NCBI GenBank assembly: GCA_964234715.1
Contig: OZ174275.1
From: Podarcis melisellensis
Taxonomy: Eukaryota
Reading direction: 5' to 3' (one strand)
Length of the DNA: 64,000 nt
Of the stretch, positions 48,351-61,943 are shown piece by piece. A program made the position numbers and the translations under genes. The notes beneath the pieces are model-generated. The model was not told the DNA's origin. It made no database searches and worked only from the letters and a program-made list of their open reading frames with translations. How positions within the stretch are numbered: the first letter of the stretch is position 1; every line of letters starts with the position of its first letter.

Positions 48351-49182
48351 ATATATATATATATATATATACCACCTTTGATTAAATCTGCTGACCAATT
48401 AAACTTTTAATACTAGTTCTGATACCAGTTTGCTTGGTGCCTACTGCATTGTCACTTGCATCGGTAGATGCAATTTTAGTCATACCACATTTATAATTTT
48501 AGGGCGTTTATTTTTGTATGAACATTTGAATGGTTTTACTCTTTTTTTTAAAACCATCCAGGGAATTGGATTCAAGGGTGATATAATAATTACTTATAAA
48601 GAAATAAGTAAACAGCCACAGATGGCAAACAACACCTAAAGAGAGTTATTTCCTCCCAGATGAAGAAAAAGGAGGAAATAATACTTCTACACATACATTA
48701 TTTAAAACAAAAGCAAAAAAGGTGTGCTCTTTCTTTTGGAACCATTTCTCCCCTCAGATGCAAATGTATGTAGATTTAATCAATTAAAACTAAAATAATT
48801 AATATACTTAAGTGTCGCATCCAATACCATCAGTGTGCTAGCAGTTTTCTCTCTCTTTCAATGCTGGGCAACAGGTCTGCTGGTGGAACTGCCTCTCATG
48901 AATGAAATGTCACAAAACTACCATTACTATTTCTGTCCTTAGGAATTGTATCTGCAGGTGCAAGTTGTTCACTTATGGTACTTCTTGTGCAAAAGGACCC
49001 ACTATTAGAGCAAATTCAACACTGGCTCACTTTAGGATTTTGCTGGGTGCAACCCCAAGATTTCTTCTCCCAGGCAGCAGCCAGCTCTACCCAGGAATCC
49101 CTTCTAGAAAGCAAAATGCATGAAACAACCCATGAGGGTACCATCCTTAGTCAGATGATGCAAGTAACGGACAGGTACACAC

Positions 49183-49331
49183 CAATGCTCAATGATCACA
49201 CGAAAGCCCAATTCTTCATCCTTCTTCGGTTTCTTGGGCGATTCCTCAGCAACATTCATCTCCACTCCTTCAGATGTTGCAGTCTTGGCTTGAGGTGCCT
49301 CTGCCTTCCTCTTCCTCCCTTTGGGGGCCAT
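49183..49331 (-). CDS. SELENOH: Selenoprotein H, coding exon 1
   Basis: MAPKGRKRKAEAPQAKTATSEGVEMNVAEESPKKPKKDEELGFRVIIEH+TG; donor TG|GTGTGT; preceded by acceptor ttttcttttgTAGTAG|A-ATG. Total CDS 149+146+101=396 nt (131 aa). Confidence 0.93.
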
Positions 49332-49859
49332 TCTACTACAAAAGAAAACACAGGAGGGTAGGAAAAATAATGCCCCACTCGCCTGCACATCTCAATGCAT
49401 GTGGCCGGCCTTCCTAAGAGGAACAGTCAAGAAGATGCAACTCCTTTGGTTTGCTTTTGCTGCCTTATACCAAATCAGATTATGATGCATCTAGCTCAGT
49501 ATTGTCCAAAGGGAAGGATAGATCTTCTGCATGCAAAATACTGCATGCATGCAAGCAAGCAAGTAAGCAAGCAAGCAAACTGAGCCTTCCTGCAAAGAAC
49601 AGTATAGTATCAATCCTGACAAAGTAAAATATCCTAATGCCATAAGGAGGACACTAGAAAGGCTTAAGTGTTAAGCATTTAGAAATTGGGTTATCAATTC
49701 TCTTGCAAAACACAGGAAAATCTACGGAGGTTGATTTACGTGTACACACTTTCAAGCAAAGAGAATGCGAGCCTGTAAACCAATATTCTTAAAAACCTTT
49801 TTAGTTAGTTAGTTACACAGGGTGGGGAGGAAGTGAAAAGCAGCTTTTACTGTACTTGC

Positions 49860-50620
49860 AAACCGCCCAGAGAACTTTTCTGTTAATGGGCGGCATATAA
49901 ATACTGAAATTTAAAAGAAAAGTATTAGGAGAGCTGGTTATCCCGAAGAAGCGAAAATAACGGCAGAAATAGACCCCCCTCCCCCCCCAAAAAAGGGCGC
50001 CAAAAAATCCAACTAGAGGAGGAAAAAGCAACAGCAGTTAACCAGAGCGGCAGGCAGGATGAAGCCAAACAGCACGAAGCGTATCCCATCGTTGGAGAGA
50101 CCCGAAACAAAAGTGATAAGAGAGCCAGATTGCAAAAATTCTGGATCGACACTCCTACCGTTGCACGAGCAAGCAATTTCCCCGGGCCTTTCTTCTTTCT
50201 TGCAAACGGCGCTCCAGCCCACGCGCAGCAAGAGGACGCCAAAGGAAATTACACTGCGGCACCAACCACGTGCGCCGATGATGGGAGGGGAGACCCGGGA
50301 ATATTAACGCTAAAGTCGGGAAAGTCACAAAGCAGCAGTCTCCTAGCTGGCCAGTTCAGCAAATGGGGCGCCCTCTGAGGATGCCAGCCTTTGCTATCAA
50401 TTTTTTTTTGTTTTGATGAAAGAATAGCAATCGCAGAACTTTTATCCGCCCCCCCCCCCCGTTCAAAGAGGTTTTGCAAGGTGGTTGCTACCACTTACAC
50501 AAGCCCCTCTGCAAATCGCGAGGAAGTTCTGCAGCAGCCAATCCCGGCTCGCTCCCGATCCTGGCTTCTAAGGTAGCGTCGCTGGTTTAGGATTTCGCTG
50601 CAATTCCCCGCTTAGTACTG
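49860..50620 (-). promoter_or_regulatory. SELENOH: CpG-rich SELENOH promoter with probable non-coding exon 1 (donor TGT|GTAAGT at 50499/50498)
   Basis: CpG-rich segment; CCAAT at about 50538; TCGCGA next to an ETS-like AGGAAGT at about 50516-50527; good donor on the minus strand; the ATG exon begins with an acceptor. Confidence 0.65.
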
Positions 50621-52337
50621 ATCGTGGACAACCAGATTCCTTTTCATGCGATGAAGCAGTGGAAACATCCGCTGCACCATCCTGGGTTGGTTCTTCTACA
50701 AAAGATCACTTAATGCGAATGATCCCTATGCATGAGTTTTAAATATAGAGGGTTCCCCCCCATCTATTCCGTTATGCTAATTGAAGGTATAAAAAGAGCG
50801 TGGCAGGGCGCAGGAAGTATTAGAGTTGAGTCATAAACGCTACTGTTTTGCACTGTTTCGAAGTCACATCGCTATTACCATATAAAGCTGGCTGTATAGT
50901 CTAGCAAATAGGCATCAGCTAGGTATTGTAATAACTTCTGTCCGAGGTTTGCTGTTTAGCTCTCTCTCTTTTGCCTAAAAGAAAATGGGTTTCTTAAAAC
51001 CAAATTCCCCAAACTCTCCCTATCTTCTAATGCAGTACTCTCTTGTGGCATGGCAGCAGGCAAAGGACAGATCCACACATTCACAGTACTCCCTCACAAC
51101 TGTTCACATGGGAGTATCTGGTTGAAAGCAGCCATGGGAAGTGATTTCGCGCTGTCAGTGATGGCTGTGAACAGATGATTCACACTCAAGTCATCATATG
51201 GCACTGTAGCAAAGACAGAACCTTTTGTATTTTTATGTTGTGACCACTCTGTAATCTTTGGATAAAAGGCAGTATACACATTTGATTAATAAAATATCTG
51301 TGGGAAGACACATCCACCTCCTTAGGAGCCCTCAACTACTTTTAGGGAACTTGTTTCATTATCTAACCTAGCAGAACCACTCCCTAACCACCTTATGCAG
51401 TTCCATTGTAAACTGAGCTGCCTGCTTATAGTTCCCAAAGTTTGTGCTATTTTCCTTTCTCTGTTTATAGAAGTCATTCCAAGGATGATCAGCATGGCAT
51501 CCCTATCCTCACTTTTCCTTCTACTTCATGCTTTCCAAATTGTTCCCATTTCTCAAATCTTTGTCTCTGATTGCATCTGCCTTTAATTAGGAGGAAACAA
51601 TATAGGCATGCCCTTCAGAAGCACAAGCTGGCATTCTGATCTAAGCAAGGTCCTTCTTACAGGGCTACCATTATAGTGCTGCCACTCTGTGGCCTACACT
51701 GTCCTTTCACATCTGGCTTGGCAGTGGTGTCTTTTTTGGCCCAGCCTATGAACAGTTGCATGTCTGGGGAAGACAAAAGTAATGCCTTTGCATGTGTGAG
51801 GAACAGCCGTACATCAGACGATCAGAGGAAGCTGAGGGCAGTTATTCTTCAAACACAATTTATTTTTTCTTTAAAGGTTTAAAAGCAGGTGGGGGGGGGG
51901 AGTCTGGATTGGTACTATGGTGCAGGGTGTTAACCCCTCCCCTAATTCAGCCTCACAGTTTTCCCCAGGGTGAAAACATACGCCTATCTATATGATTGGC
52001 CTCAGCTGACTGTTCAGGAGGGGGAATTTTAAGAAGGAAAATAGAAGAGGAAGACTTAAATCTCTCTCGTTCCCCCTCCCCATTGTAGTCCAGCTTCAAA
52101 CTGATGCTTCCTCCATCTAAAAACTGGTGGAGACCCTAGCTGGACTTTTCCAAGATCCTCTGTAGAGAGCACCAAGAAGGATACAGAAGAGTTGAGCCCT
52201 AAACAGTAAACCAAATTTACTTGGACACTAGGAAACATCCTTAAAAAAAAAAAGTACAGAATGCCCTGAGATCTATGGATGAAGGGACAGTATACAAATT
52301 TAATAAATAATAATGGTAATAATAATAATAAGCAAAT

Positions 52338-52589
52338 GCCAGTGTGGTGTAGTGGTTAAGAGCGGTAGTCTCGTAATCTGGGGAACCGGGTTCACGTCTC
52401 CGCTACTCCACATGCAGCTGCTGGGTGACCTTGGGCTAGTCACACTTCTCTGAAGTCTCTCAGCCCCACTCACCTCACAGAGTGTTTGTTGTGGGGGAGG
52501 AAGGGAAAGGAGAATGTTAGCCGCTTTGAGACTCCTTAAAGGGAGTGAAAGGCGGGATATCAAATCCAAACTCTTCTTCTTCTTCTTCT
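52338..52589 (+). mobile_element. Full-length squamate tRNA-derived SINE (MIR/L2-type tail)
   Basis: A box TGGTGTAGTGG, B-like GGTTCACGTC, core gggtgaccttgggctagtcac, L2-like end agccgctttgag...gcgggatat, (CTT)n tail; CpGs retained. Confidence 0.8.
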
Positions 52590-52665
52590 AAATCACTACA
52601 GACTGCGGAAGTAGTCCAACTCAGAAACAAAAAGAAGGCCCCAGAAGAAGACATTCCCAAGTTTG

Positions 52666-52671
52666 TTTATT
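52666..52671 (-). terminator. TMX2: Candidate TMX2 polyadenylation signal AATAAA
   Basis: First minus-strand AATAAA I found downstream of the stop (about 960 nt), followed by a U/GU-rich tract. Confidence 0.6.
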
Positions 52672-53629
52672 AGAGATAGCCGTATAAGACAATTAACAGA
52701 AGTGTGAAGGTGGATGAGTACAGGGAAGTGGAGTGTGTTCCTATCCATGAACAAGCTCCCTGGGTTGGAAATGGAGTTAGCAGCTATAAGAACCCTGTCA
52801 ATTATGACTCTGGACGGCAGAAGCAGCTACTCCTCCAGTTTGGGGGCAGAAGGGACCCCCTTCTTACTGCACACCCTCAGCATATTACACCACGCAAGCA
52901 GCTGATGATGATGATGCAGAGAACAGGAAATCCATAAGGACTGCATGGCTGCTGCTTACTCTCTGGCACAGCAGCACTTTCAAGTTCAGCAAAGAAACAC
53001 TGTGTGTCCACCCATCGGCTTGGGATGGGAAGAGACCACTTAAGCTCTGTTGTCGGTGCAGTAGAGGGCAGTGGGTAGCAAGTAGTCAAAACTGTTCAGT
53101 GATATCTGTAGCTTCTCAGCCACAGATACGACCCTGGATAAAACCAATTCAAACAGGAGTGAGGTGTCACAGCTTTGACAGGAGGGAGTCAATTCCATCA
53201 AAAGTGGTGATTCCTCCCATCCTGCCCATTTACAGTGTCCACCAAGTTCTTGCTCCCCCCAGTAGTTCTTATTCATTGCCAGATAAGCCTGCAGCCCCAC
53301 ATCTAGATGCAGAAACAGGTTCTAGCTTCTATAGAGTTGGGGCCACATCTTATCTTGCTGAAACTACACCTAGCAACTCCTGGAAGGAGGATCAGGGGAT
53401 GGGGGAAGTCCAAAAGAAACGTGTAGCTGCCAGCAGAGAGGCACTGAGCCCAGGAGGATAGAAGCTCCCTGGCAACTACACTCAGAACATAGAAGCTCCC
53501 TGGCATGTACAATCATCTCCCAGCACCAGCGTTGTGGGCGAAAGCAGCTTGTGGCTGATGTCCCAGAATGGCAATGGAAGAGGAATGGGGAGCTAAACAG
53601 TAAAGGAACACAGTCCAGTCCTCTGGGCT

Positions 53630-53773
53630 CTATTTGTCCTTCTTGCTCTCTCCATTGGGGACCTCAGGGACAGCAGGCTGTTCTGGAGACTCCTCTGGGA
53701 CCTCAGGCTGCTTAGACACTTTCTTGGCTCTCTGGTACAGCTCGTTCAAGTTGAATTCCCGAATCACATTCTC
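53630..53773 (-). CDS. TMX2: Thioredoxin-related transmembrane protein 2, exon 8
   Basis: [47 protein letters not shown]; C-terminal dilysine ER-retrieval motif; acceptor gtcacag|GAG. Eight exons total 888 nt (295 aa). Confidence 0.95.
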   Translation of the reverse strand, partial: ENVIREFNLNELYQRAKKVSKQPEVPEESPEQPAVPEVPNGESKKDK

Positions 53774-53891
53774 CTGTGACAAAAAGAAAGATCAGCATTG
53801 TTTTGTGTTACCTTGTACTGACCCCCAGCTTAATACAAGGCACACATCTGATATTGACAGCATACAAATGAAACTTCAGATAAGAGTGTAC

Positions 53892-54021
53892 CTCCGAAAA
53901 ATTCCATGAGACTGCTCGTCCCTTTTTATCAATCTGTGGCCGGCGCATCACCTCCTTCCCACCTTGGAAAAGGATTAGTGTGGGCAACTGCTTAGTGAGA
54001 GGAGATGTACTGACTTTGTAC
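53892..54021 (-). CDS. TMX2: TMX2 exon 7
   Basis: (R)[43 protein letters not shown]; 130 nt; AG/GT boundaries. Confidence 0.95.
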
Positions 54022-54440
54022 CTGTGAAGAGACAAAGGGCTTGAGTCCAGGGAGAATAAGAAAAGGAACATCTAGCCAGAGATTGATGTGGGCCAGGAAA
54101 TTTTCTAGTGATTTGTTTTTCATTCAGGAAATATTGTTCCACAGTTTCATTAGTCATAATGAATGCCAACTACAAATAATTATTAGGTCACCATAGCTGA
54201 TTCTAAGTTATTAGCCTTGTTTATTAAATTCAAGTAAAATAAACATGCTAATTACATCTCTCTAGGAAATCAGAAAATTTTCTGATTTGAATTACCCTAA
54301 TATGAACTACTCACAACACGGCATCTCCTCTTCCCACACTGCCCTGCTAATGCAAAACAAGTTTTCATGGTGCTGCATATCACACACTTAGCCTTGTGGT
54401 CTTCCTCATTCTCCCAAGGTTCCTACAGCACATAGCTCAC

Positions 54441-54506
54441 CTGGTGCTCACATCAGGGTAGCGGCCCACATCCACCTTCCCAAAGTTCAGTCCAGTGCAG
54501 TTGTAT
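54441..54506 (-). CDS. TMX2: TMX2 exon 6
   Basis: (K)YNCTGLNFGKVDVGRYPDVST(R); 66 nt; ccccag| and |GTGAG. Confidence 0.95.
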
Positions 54507-55760
54507 CTGGGGAGGCACAGCAATGGTTAGTATGCAGGAAGAAACACCATGAAACAAAGTAGATGCTTATTATTTCATTAATGGTCACATCCTGTTTTCT
54601 TCCTGCATGGAACTCAAGACAGCATACATATGTGTCCCAGACACTTTCCCATCCAGACACGAACCAAACCTAGATGATCTCAGCTTCAACCAAGGTTGTG
54701 GCATCATGTGCTTTCAGACAATAACACAGAATATTAAAGAACACGGAAGGCACAGCCTTAAGCTGATGCCAGGGGCTTTCTCACTTCTCTCAAGTTTGAA
54801 CTACTCCTCTGATTAAGGACTGGGAAGTTGAATTATACAGCCACCCTCTTCCTGCTTATGCAACCACAACGTTGATGTATAACTCAACCCCACAGGGACT
54901 AAAAATGAAAACACTTTCTACACTAAGGCCATCTACTGGTCATTGCTGGAAGCAATGGGTTGCTTCAAAAAAAGCCATCGGCAGCCAGGCCCTTGCCAAG
55001 AGCCACTTAAAGAGTAATCCTTCACTTTGGTACCTCAGTACAAGGGGGTGGGGGGGAGGCCTTTGCCTCAGTTGAATGTCTGGTGGGGTCACCAGAATCT
55101 CCTATGGAGTTTTATCCAGAAATTGCCAGTAGCTAATGAGCTATTGCCGCCACCCATCTCCCATTAGTTCAACTATTAGGTCTAATAAACCTCAGAACGG
55201 GAACCACAAATAAAGTAAACTCCCTTGGGAACTAATTTTCTTCAATTTTAAATTGCCATTCTATAGAAAGGATTAGCACTAGCCTTCTGCAACCACAAGG
55301 GCCTGGATTCATGGACATTCCCTATTTGTTAAGGTTCCTTCCCATTAAAGTTTGCTTTAGAGGATACTAAAGTTTCCTCTTTTAAACCATAACTTGCATG
55401 GCTATAGTAACACTCTTTCTTAAAAGCCAGCAGTACATTGGGGCTGCAATCAGAATAACCTGGTGAGTTTATCTTTGTTCACCTAACAAATGAAATATTG
55501 AATCTTAGAAATATAAGAATAAGCCACTTTTCATCCACAGATTTCAGGGCAGTTCACAGCATAAAAATACACACTCATCTTAGCCCAATAGTTATTACAC
55601 TGGAACATACTGGACTCAATGCCTTTCTGTACCCTTCAGCACAACAAAAATGCTGAGTGCTGGAGGTAAAGTATGCATCACACTTTAGGCATCACATGTG
55701 CCTGAAGTCTGCCTGCCCCTGCGCTAAGACACCATACTTTATTAAAGAGTAAACCACTCA

Positions 55761-55907
<147 letters not shown>

Positions 55908-56424
55908 TCAAATGGCCACATACAACACTCCAATAGAGTTGAAAGGATACGGAAGGACAATCCCTATCCTGAGGCAGGATCACACAACCATCAACCCTCC
56001 TCTAACCTGGTACCCTCCAACATGGTTTGTATTCCAGTTCCCATCAGCCCCAGCCAGCATGGCCAGTGGGGATGGATGACAAGAGTTAGAGCTTAATAAC
56101 ACCTGGAGGGCATCAGGTTGGGGAAAGCTGCTGCACAGGAGGACCAGCAATCACAATCCAAACCCACAGAGTTCCAGGAGTTGAGAGGCACTGGCAAAGA
56201 ACAGGAGGTTATCATTAGACGCCTGCTGGATCCGAGCAGCCAGCCCAGCACCCTCTCTTACAGTGGCCAACCAGATGCCTATGGGAAGCCCACAATGGCA
56301 GAGCAGAACAGCACTTTCCTTACTTGTGCTTCCTAGGAACTAGGATTCAGATGCAAACCACCTCCAATATTGGAGGCAGTACACAGCCATCATGGCATAG
56401 CTCCAAATAGTTCATATACTAGGC

Positions 56425-56655
56425 CAGGGGTGGCCAACTCCCAAGAGACTGCGATCTACTCACAGAGTTAAAAACTGGCAGTGATCTACCCCCTTTTTTT
56501 GGGTTCAGGTCAAAGTTGTTGAGTTTTTTTAGGGAGGAGGTAAAATGTTGAGCTTTTTTTAGGGGAGCCACAGTTGCTCAGCTTCTTTGGGGGAGCCAAT
56601 GATCTACCAGTGATCTACCACAGATGTCCAGTGATCTACCTGTTGGACATGCCTG
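56425..56655. mobile_element. hAT-like MITE
   Basis: TIRs CAGGGGTGGCCAAC / GTTGGACATGCCTG; repeated subterminal GATCTAC motifs. Confidence 0.65.
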
Positions 56656-57520
56656 TCCAACTTCATGCTTGCACTTCTCTCTGTGTTTAAGACCATCTAG
56701 AAAGTGTTCCCTTTGTCTGAACTTCAAAGCTCAGGGCAAGGCTTTTTCAGTTGGGCTGAACCAGTCCCATTCCACCACCACTAATCAATTTAGACTGCCA
56801 ATGACACTCTTTGTTCAGATCTTCTTAGGTCTCAATACTCTCAATTCTCGTGTTAATATGTACCATTTCTATAAAATATTTTAAATAATATTTAATATTC
56901 CATATCTATAAACAAAATTTCCACAATGCTCACAGAGCGGTAAGACTGCATGCAACTTTTTTAAAAAACCAATCAGCAAGAGGAAACAGCAGTACAGAAT
57001 AATAAAGTTGGGACCTCCTTAAGCAGAGCTAATGCAGTGCAATGGTTAGATGAAGTGTCAAACTAGAACCTGGAAGATCAGGGGTCAAATCTGCACTCAG
57101 TAGTGAAGCTCAGTGAGGGACCTTCGGCCAGACACTTTTTCTCTGGCCAATCTATCACAGAAGGTAGTTATGAGAACAAAGTGTGTGTGTGAATGTACAG
57201 AATATATGCCTCCTTGAGCTCCAAGAAAGAAAAGGTAGAACATACAGTTGGAGCAGCAACAGTGACCATCTACGGCCTGGGAGGTGGACAGTTATCATCA
57301 TCTCCCTGCTGGTTCAGTCACTGCTGCTGCCAGGAAAAGCCAGGAGCTGCAGACTATCCACTTGCCCGAGAATAAATGTTCCAGATCCAGGGACAAAAGT
57401 GGGAGGGGAGCATATTTTCCAAGGTGGCCACTGTGGAACCTTGTTGAAGCAGTGTCTCCTTTTCAGCCAGCACTGCCTATTTCTGTTTTAACAAGGGTTT
57501 TTATTGTGTTCATTTTCTTA

Positions 57521-58000
<480 letters not shown>

Positions 58001-58506
58001 GGTTTAGCACTATGCTGGGATGGGATTAGGAAGCTGCTTTATATGGGACCAGAGTTTTTGTCCACCTACTACAGTATTGAATTAAAATGACTAGCAGTTG
58101 CTCTCCAAGGTAGGTGCTCTACAAAAGCTGTAGTTCCTCCCTGCTTTTGAGATTGGCAGAATTCTCAAAAGCTTCCCTGGATTATACTCTCCTCTTGCCA
58201 GGAATGAAGATTCCTCCAGCCCACAGCCCTCCTCCAATAGCTCAAGAAAATGGAATTCAGGCAGCAGATTCCAGCTGCAGTGTTAGATATGGCAATCATG
58301 GGGTAGTCTTATTTCCACTTAATGCAAGTTGGCATTGCCCTATAAACAAGAATAATGCCCAAAAATAGAGGAATTATGAAAGATTTATTATGTGGTAATG
58401 CAGAACTGGTGGATTTTGCATCTAAAGTCCTATTATTTATGATGTCCAAGTCCTCCTCAATTGATATAACTAAAACTAGAACTAGGATATAACTAGGATG
58501 ACTCAC

Positions 58507-58620
58507 CTATACAGAGGGTGAGGTAGAGCAGTCCCATTCTGATGTCAAGGCGGAAAAAAAGAATGACATTGGCTACTTTGCTGAACATGAAGATGTTTCC
58601 CACATGCTGGTCCACAGTAA
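58507..58620 (-). CDS. TMX2: TMX2 exon 3
   Basis: (I)[37 protein letters not shown]; 114 nt; ctctcaag| and |GTGAGT. Confidence 0.95.
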
Positions 58621-58761
58621 CTTGAGAGAGAGAAAGAAGCACATTCTTATGGCTGATAGGCCCAGTAACAAGCTGGAATTTTGACTGAAGCTTAACTTTT
58701 TAAAAATTTGTGGAAGCTTTCTGTGCAAGACAGATTACATATTTAGAATGCCTATTGATAG

Positions 58762-58763
<2 letters not shown>

Positions 58764-58808
<45 letters not shown>
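58764..58808. repeat. (CA)n microsatellite
   Basis: Direct reading. Confidence 0.95.
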
Positions 58809-58812
<4 letters not shown>

Positions 58813-59480
58813 GTAGTTTTCTTGTCAAACGAGTGCTGTCCTAGGCTAACTGTACAGTTTTGTATTTTACAGCATTTGCTGTAGCTTTCTACATTTCCTG
58901 AGAGTAAGTGTGTTATTTTCATGCCTACAGGTCATTCCTGCTTCCCAAATCATTTCAAGCTAAACCCCACATTCTGCATATCCTTTCATCTTAGGCAGTC
59001 ACTGTTCTCTGCTATATTCTTATCACCTCCATGTTGACCTTCACTTAATCTCACCCATAATACACCAAGTCTTGGCACATGGAAGTTTTGCCCCGCTGGC
59101 CTCCATATCTTTGTATTATGGAACAGAAAACAAAAGAAACAGACAGGTCACCTTTTGAAGCCACTCCTACAGCAGGAATGCACAGGGACAATGCACCGAT
59201 TGTAGCAGAGGAACAAGGGCCTAGCAGCAGCTATTCATCTTAAAACTTTTCAAATCATTTAGGTGCTTTCTGTTTCTGTGTGAATTTTTGCCACAACCTC
59301 ATCCCACTTACATCCCATTCTGTACCAGCTATTTGTTCAAAACATACTGACTGGACCATACTGATTTTAAAGAAAATAAGATTTTGATACAGGTTAAAGA
59401 TAGCTGTGAAATCTTTGTTTTCTGAATCATTTGTAAGCTTTACTCCAAAAAGAGAGAGATAAAGAACAAGCATTACTTAC

Positions 59481-59541
59481 TGGATCTGCGGTTCTTCATC
59501 ATCACAATGGCACTGAGGAACATAAGAATTTCCACCTCGCG
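59481..59541 (-). CDS. TMX2: TMX2 exon 2
   Basis: REVEILMFLSAIVMMKNRRS+A; 61 nt; tttttag| and |GTAAGT. Confidence 0.95.
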
Positions 59542-61459
59542 CTAAAAAGAAAGATGGCAGTAAGTGGTTGTACAAGCAGAGGGGAAAAGGGACCAGCTGG
59601 CTTGTCCTTGGAGCAATGTCACATTTATCCATCATCTAGCTACTCATACTGCTAGTTCTAAAGGAAGCTTACAGTTGCTTGGAAGTTTCAGGACCACAAA
59701 CCAAGCAGGGTGCACGATGAAATAAAACTAGAGCTGACTTTTATGTGACGGCATATGCAAGGATCACCCTTATTTTGTACATTTAGTAAATTGTGCAAGT
59801 GCTTTATGTTTCCTTTTTCTTGTTACATGAAAAACAAATTATGCAGTTAACTACCTCCACGTAAAGGATGATTTGCAGTGAAAATATTTTTTCACTAAAA
59901 CAGCTAGTGCAATCTTGCATAAACATCCTGCTCAAATGTTAAAGTGTTTTATGAGGCAAATACAAAAAGAATAGCCATGATATCTTGTTGCAGCAAAACC
60001 AAACAATTTTTGTGGCCCTTTACACAACAAAATACAGTGTGGTACATCTGAAAAACTAGTGTCTAGCACAATATATCACTGTTGTAGACTTAAGATACCA
60101 TAATAAAAAATTGTTTTTGCTTTATGTGCAGGGCAATTTACATTAAGCGGTACACACAAACTTTAGGGCCAATTCATTAATATAGGAATTGGTCTCAAGT
60201 ACAACTGCAACCTACACATGGCGAGGTGTTAATAATAATAATAAAAATAAAATAATAATAATAACAACAACTTAGTTATACCCCGCCCATCTTGCTGGGT
60301 TTCCCCAGCCACTTTGGGCAGCTCCCACAGAATATTAAAAATAGAATCAAACATTAAAAACTTCCCTAATCTTGCAAGTGGTAACAGAAGTCCTCTCAGC
60401 CTGTTGCTTACCTGTTACAGAACCTATGGTCATGCCCACAGAATTACACAACCAGAGATGACCCAATTAATACTTTACTGCAACCCATATGATTAAAACA
60501 TGTATCACATCTAAAGAATTCAAAGGCTGTCTGTCCAAATGTCTTTTTAAGACTGCCCATACACCAGATCCCACAACTAAACTAGTTTTGTGATCACTAC
60601 GTTCTCCTACATGATCAATTCATAGGGGCAGGAAACTCCACAGTGTGACATGAGAACAAGTGCTATGGGTTACCACACTCAAAGCAGCTTCTTTTGAGGT
60701 TTGGACTGGAGATATGAAAGAAGAAGCAGCAGGAAAGGAATTTTGACTTACTGAGTTGCTGAGCACACATGTGCCTTACAACAGAAGAGGAGCACAAAAT
60801 GAAATGGAAGTTTTCTGGCAGAGTTGCCAGGCATGAAAAAACTATCATAAGATGTTGAGAATTCAGAGACACTATGAGCTCTTTTGAACTTTTGTATGCA
60901 GTTTAGTGCAAGGAAAGTTTAGTGCATTTGAGGAAAGGGCAGGAAATGGTAAGCAATAGTAGGAGGAAGAACCAGAGGAAGAATGTGAGTGGGAACCACT
61001 TTGAATTTACTATCTAACCTGGGGCTGTTTGTCATGCAAACAAACACTCTGGTGGTATTATAAGCATTGAGATTTGAACAAATACCAGCATATTGGGAAG
61101 TGGAGATCAGAGCAGGTCTTCACTACTTTAAAGGGAGGTTGTGTGTGAAAGTTGGCAGATATTTCTGGAGGTCACTCCCATCAGAGGTTGGGAAGAAAGT
61201 CATCTAAGCTTGGGGTCCTCTCCTGAGGTGGAGGAGCTTATTACATTAAACACAAACTATTATCATGTCTTGCCTTTGTGTGTGTCATTCTGAAAACCAT
61301 TAAAACAACTAGGACCTTAGGAGTGTAGGGTGATTAATAAAATACTAAACAGCAGCTAGTCTGCAGCCCTTCAGATCGGGTTGGCCTCTTAACTTCCACC
61401 AACCCCAAATGGCATGCCCAGTAACCAAAGAGGGTGGGAATTGGGGCCCAACAATTTTT

Positions 61460-61586
61460 TGGGGGGGATATTGGGTTGTTTTATTTTGATTATGTATTCT
61501 GGATTTATATTTTGGTTTTGTTCTGTGAACCGCCCTGAGACCTCCGAGTACAGGGGGGTATATAAATTCAATAAATAAACAAACAA
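61460..61586 (+). mobile_element. L2-like 3' end
   Basis: tgtgaaccgccctgagacc...gggtatataaattcaataaataaacaaac terminal motif; a related minus-strand end lies at about 60230-60370. Confidence 0.5.
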
Positions 61587-61679
61587 TATCTGGAGGGCCG
61601 CAAGTTAGTCACCCTTCACTAGTACATGGCGAACCAGCCATCAAAACAACAGCGCCATCAGTTGATAGCGCAGAGGAAG

Positions 61680-61680
61680 A

Positions 61681-61757
<77 letters not shown>
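61680..61757. repeat. (GAAA)n(GA)n microsatellite
   Basis: Direct reading. Confidence 0.95.
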
Positions 61758-61758
<1 letters not shown>

Positions 61759-61943
61759 TCTTTTTCCTTCCAGTCGGAGAGTCGAGAGTCTCCGGGACGA
61801 GGATGCCAAACGGCAGATCTCGACTTCTTTGGGCAAAGGGGAGAAACGTTCCCTTCCCGGCAGTTAGCCGGATGAGCCCCACAGAGGAAAGAAGGCGTGA
61901 GGGGGGCGCCAGTCAGAAGGGGCTCCGGGCAAGGCCTCCTCAC

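Noticed and set aside
48036-48385. ORFs on both strands with the same peptide (CRFWCPRVSSRVK...)
   Set aside because: Artefact of the perfect palindrome and flanking microsatellites.
34060-50841. Exact 13-mer AGTCATAAACGCT at 34060 and 50829
   Set aside because: Tens of chance 13-mer pairs are expected in 64 kb.
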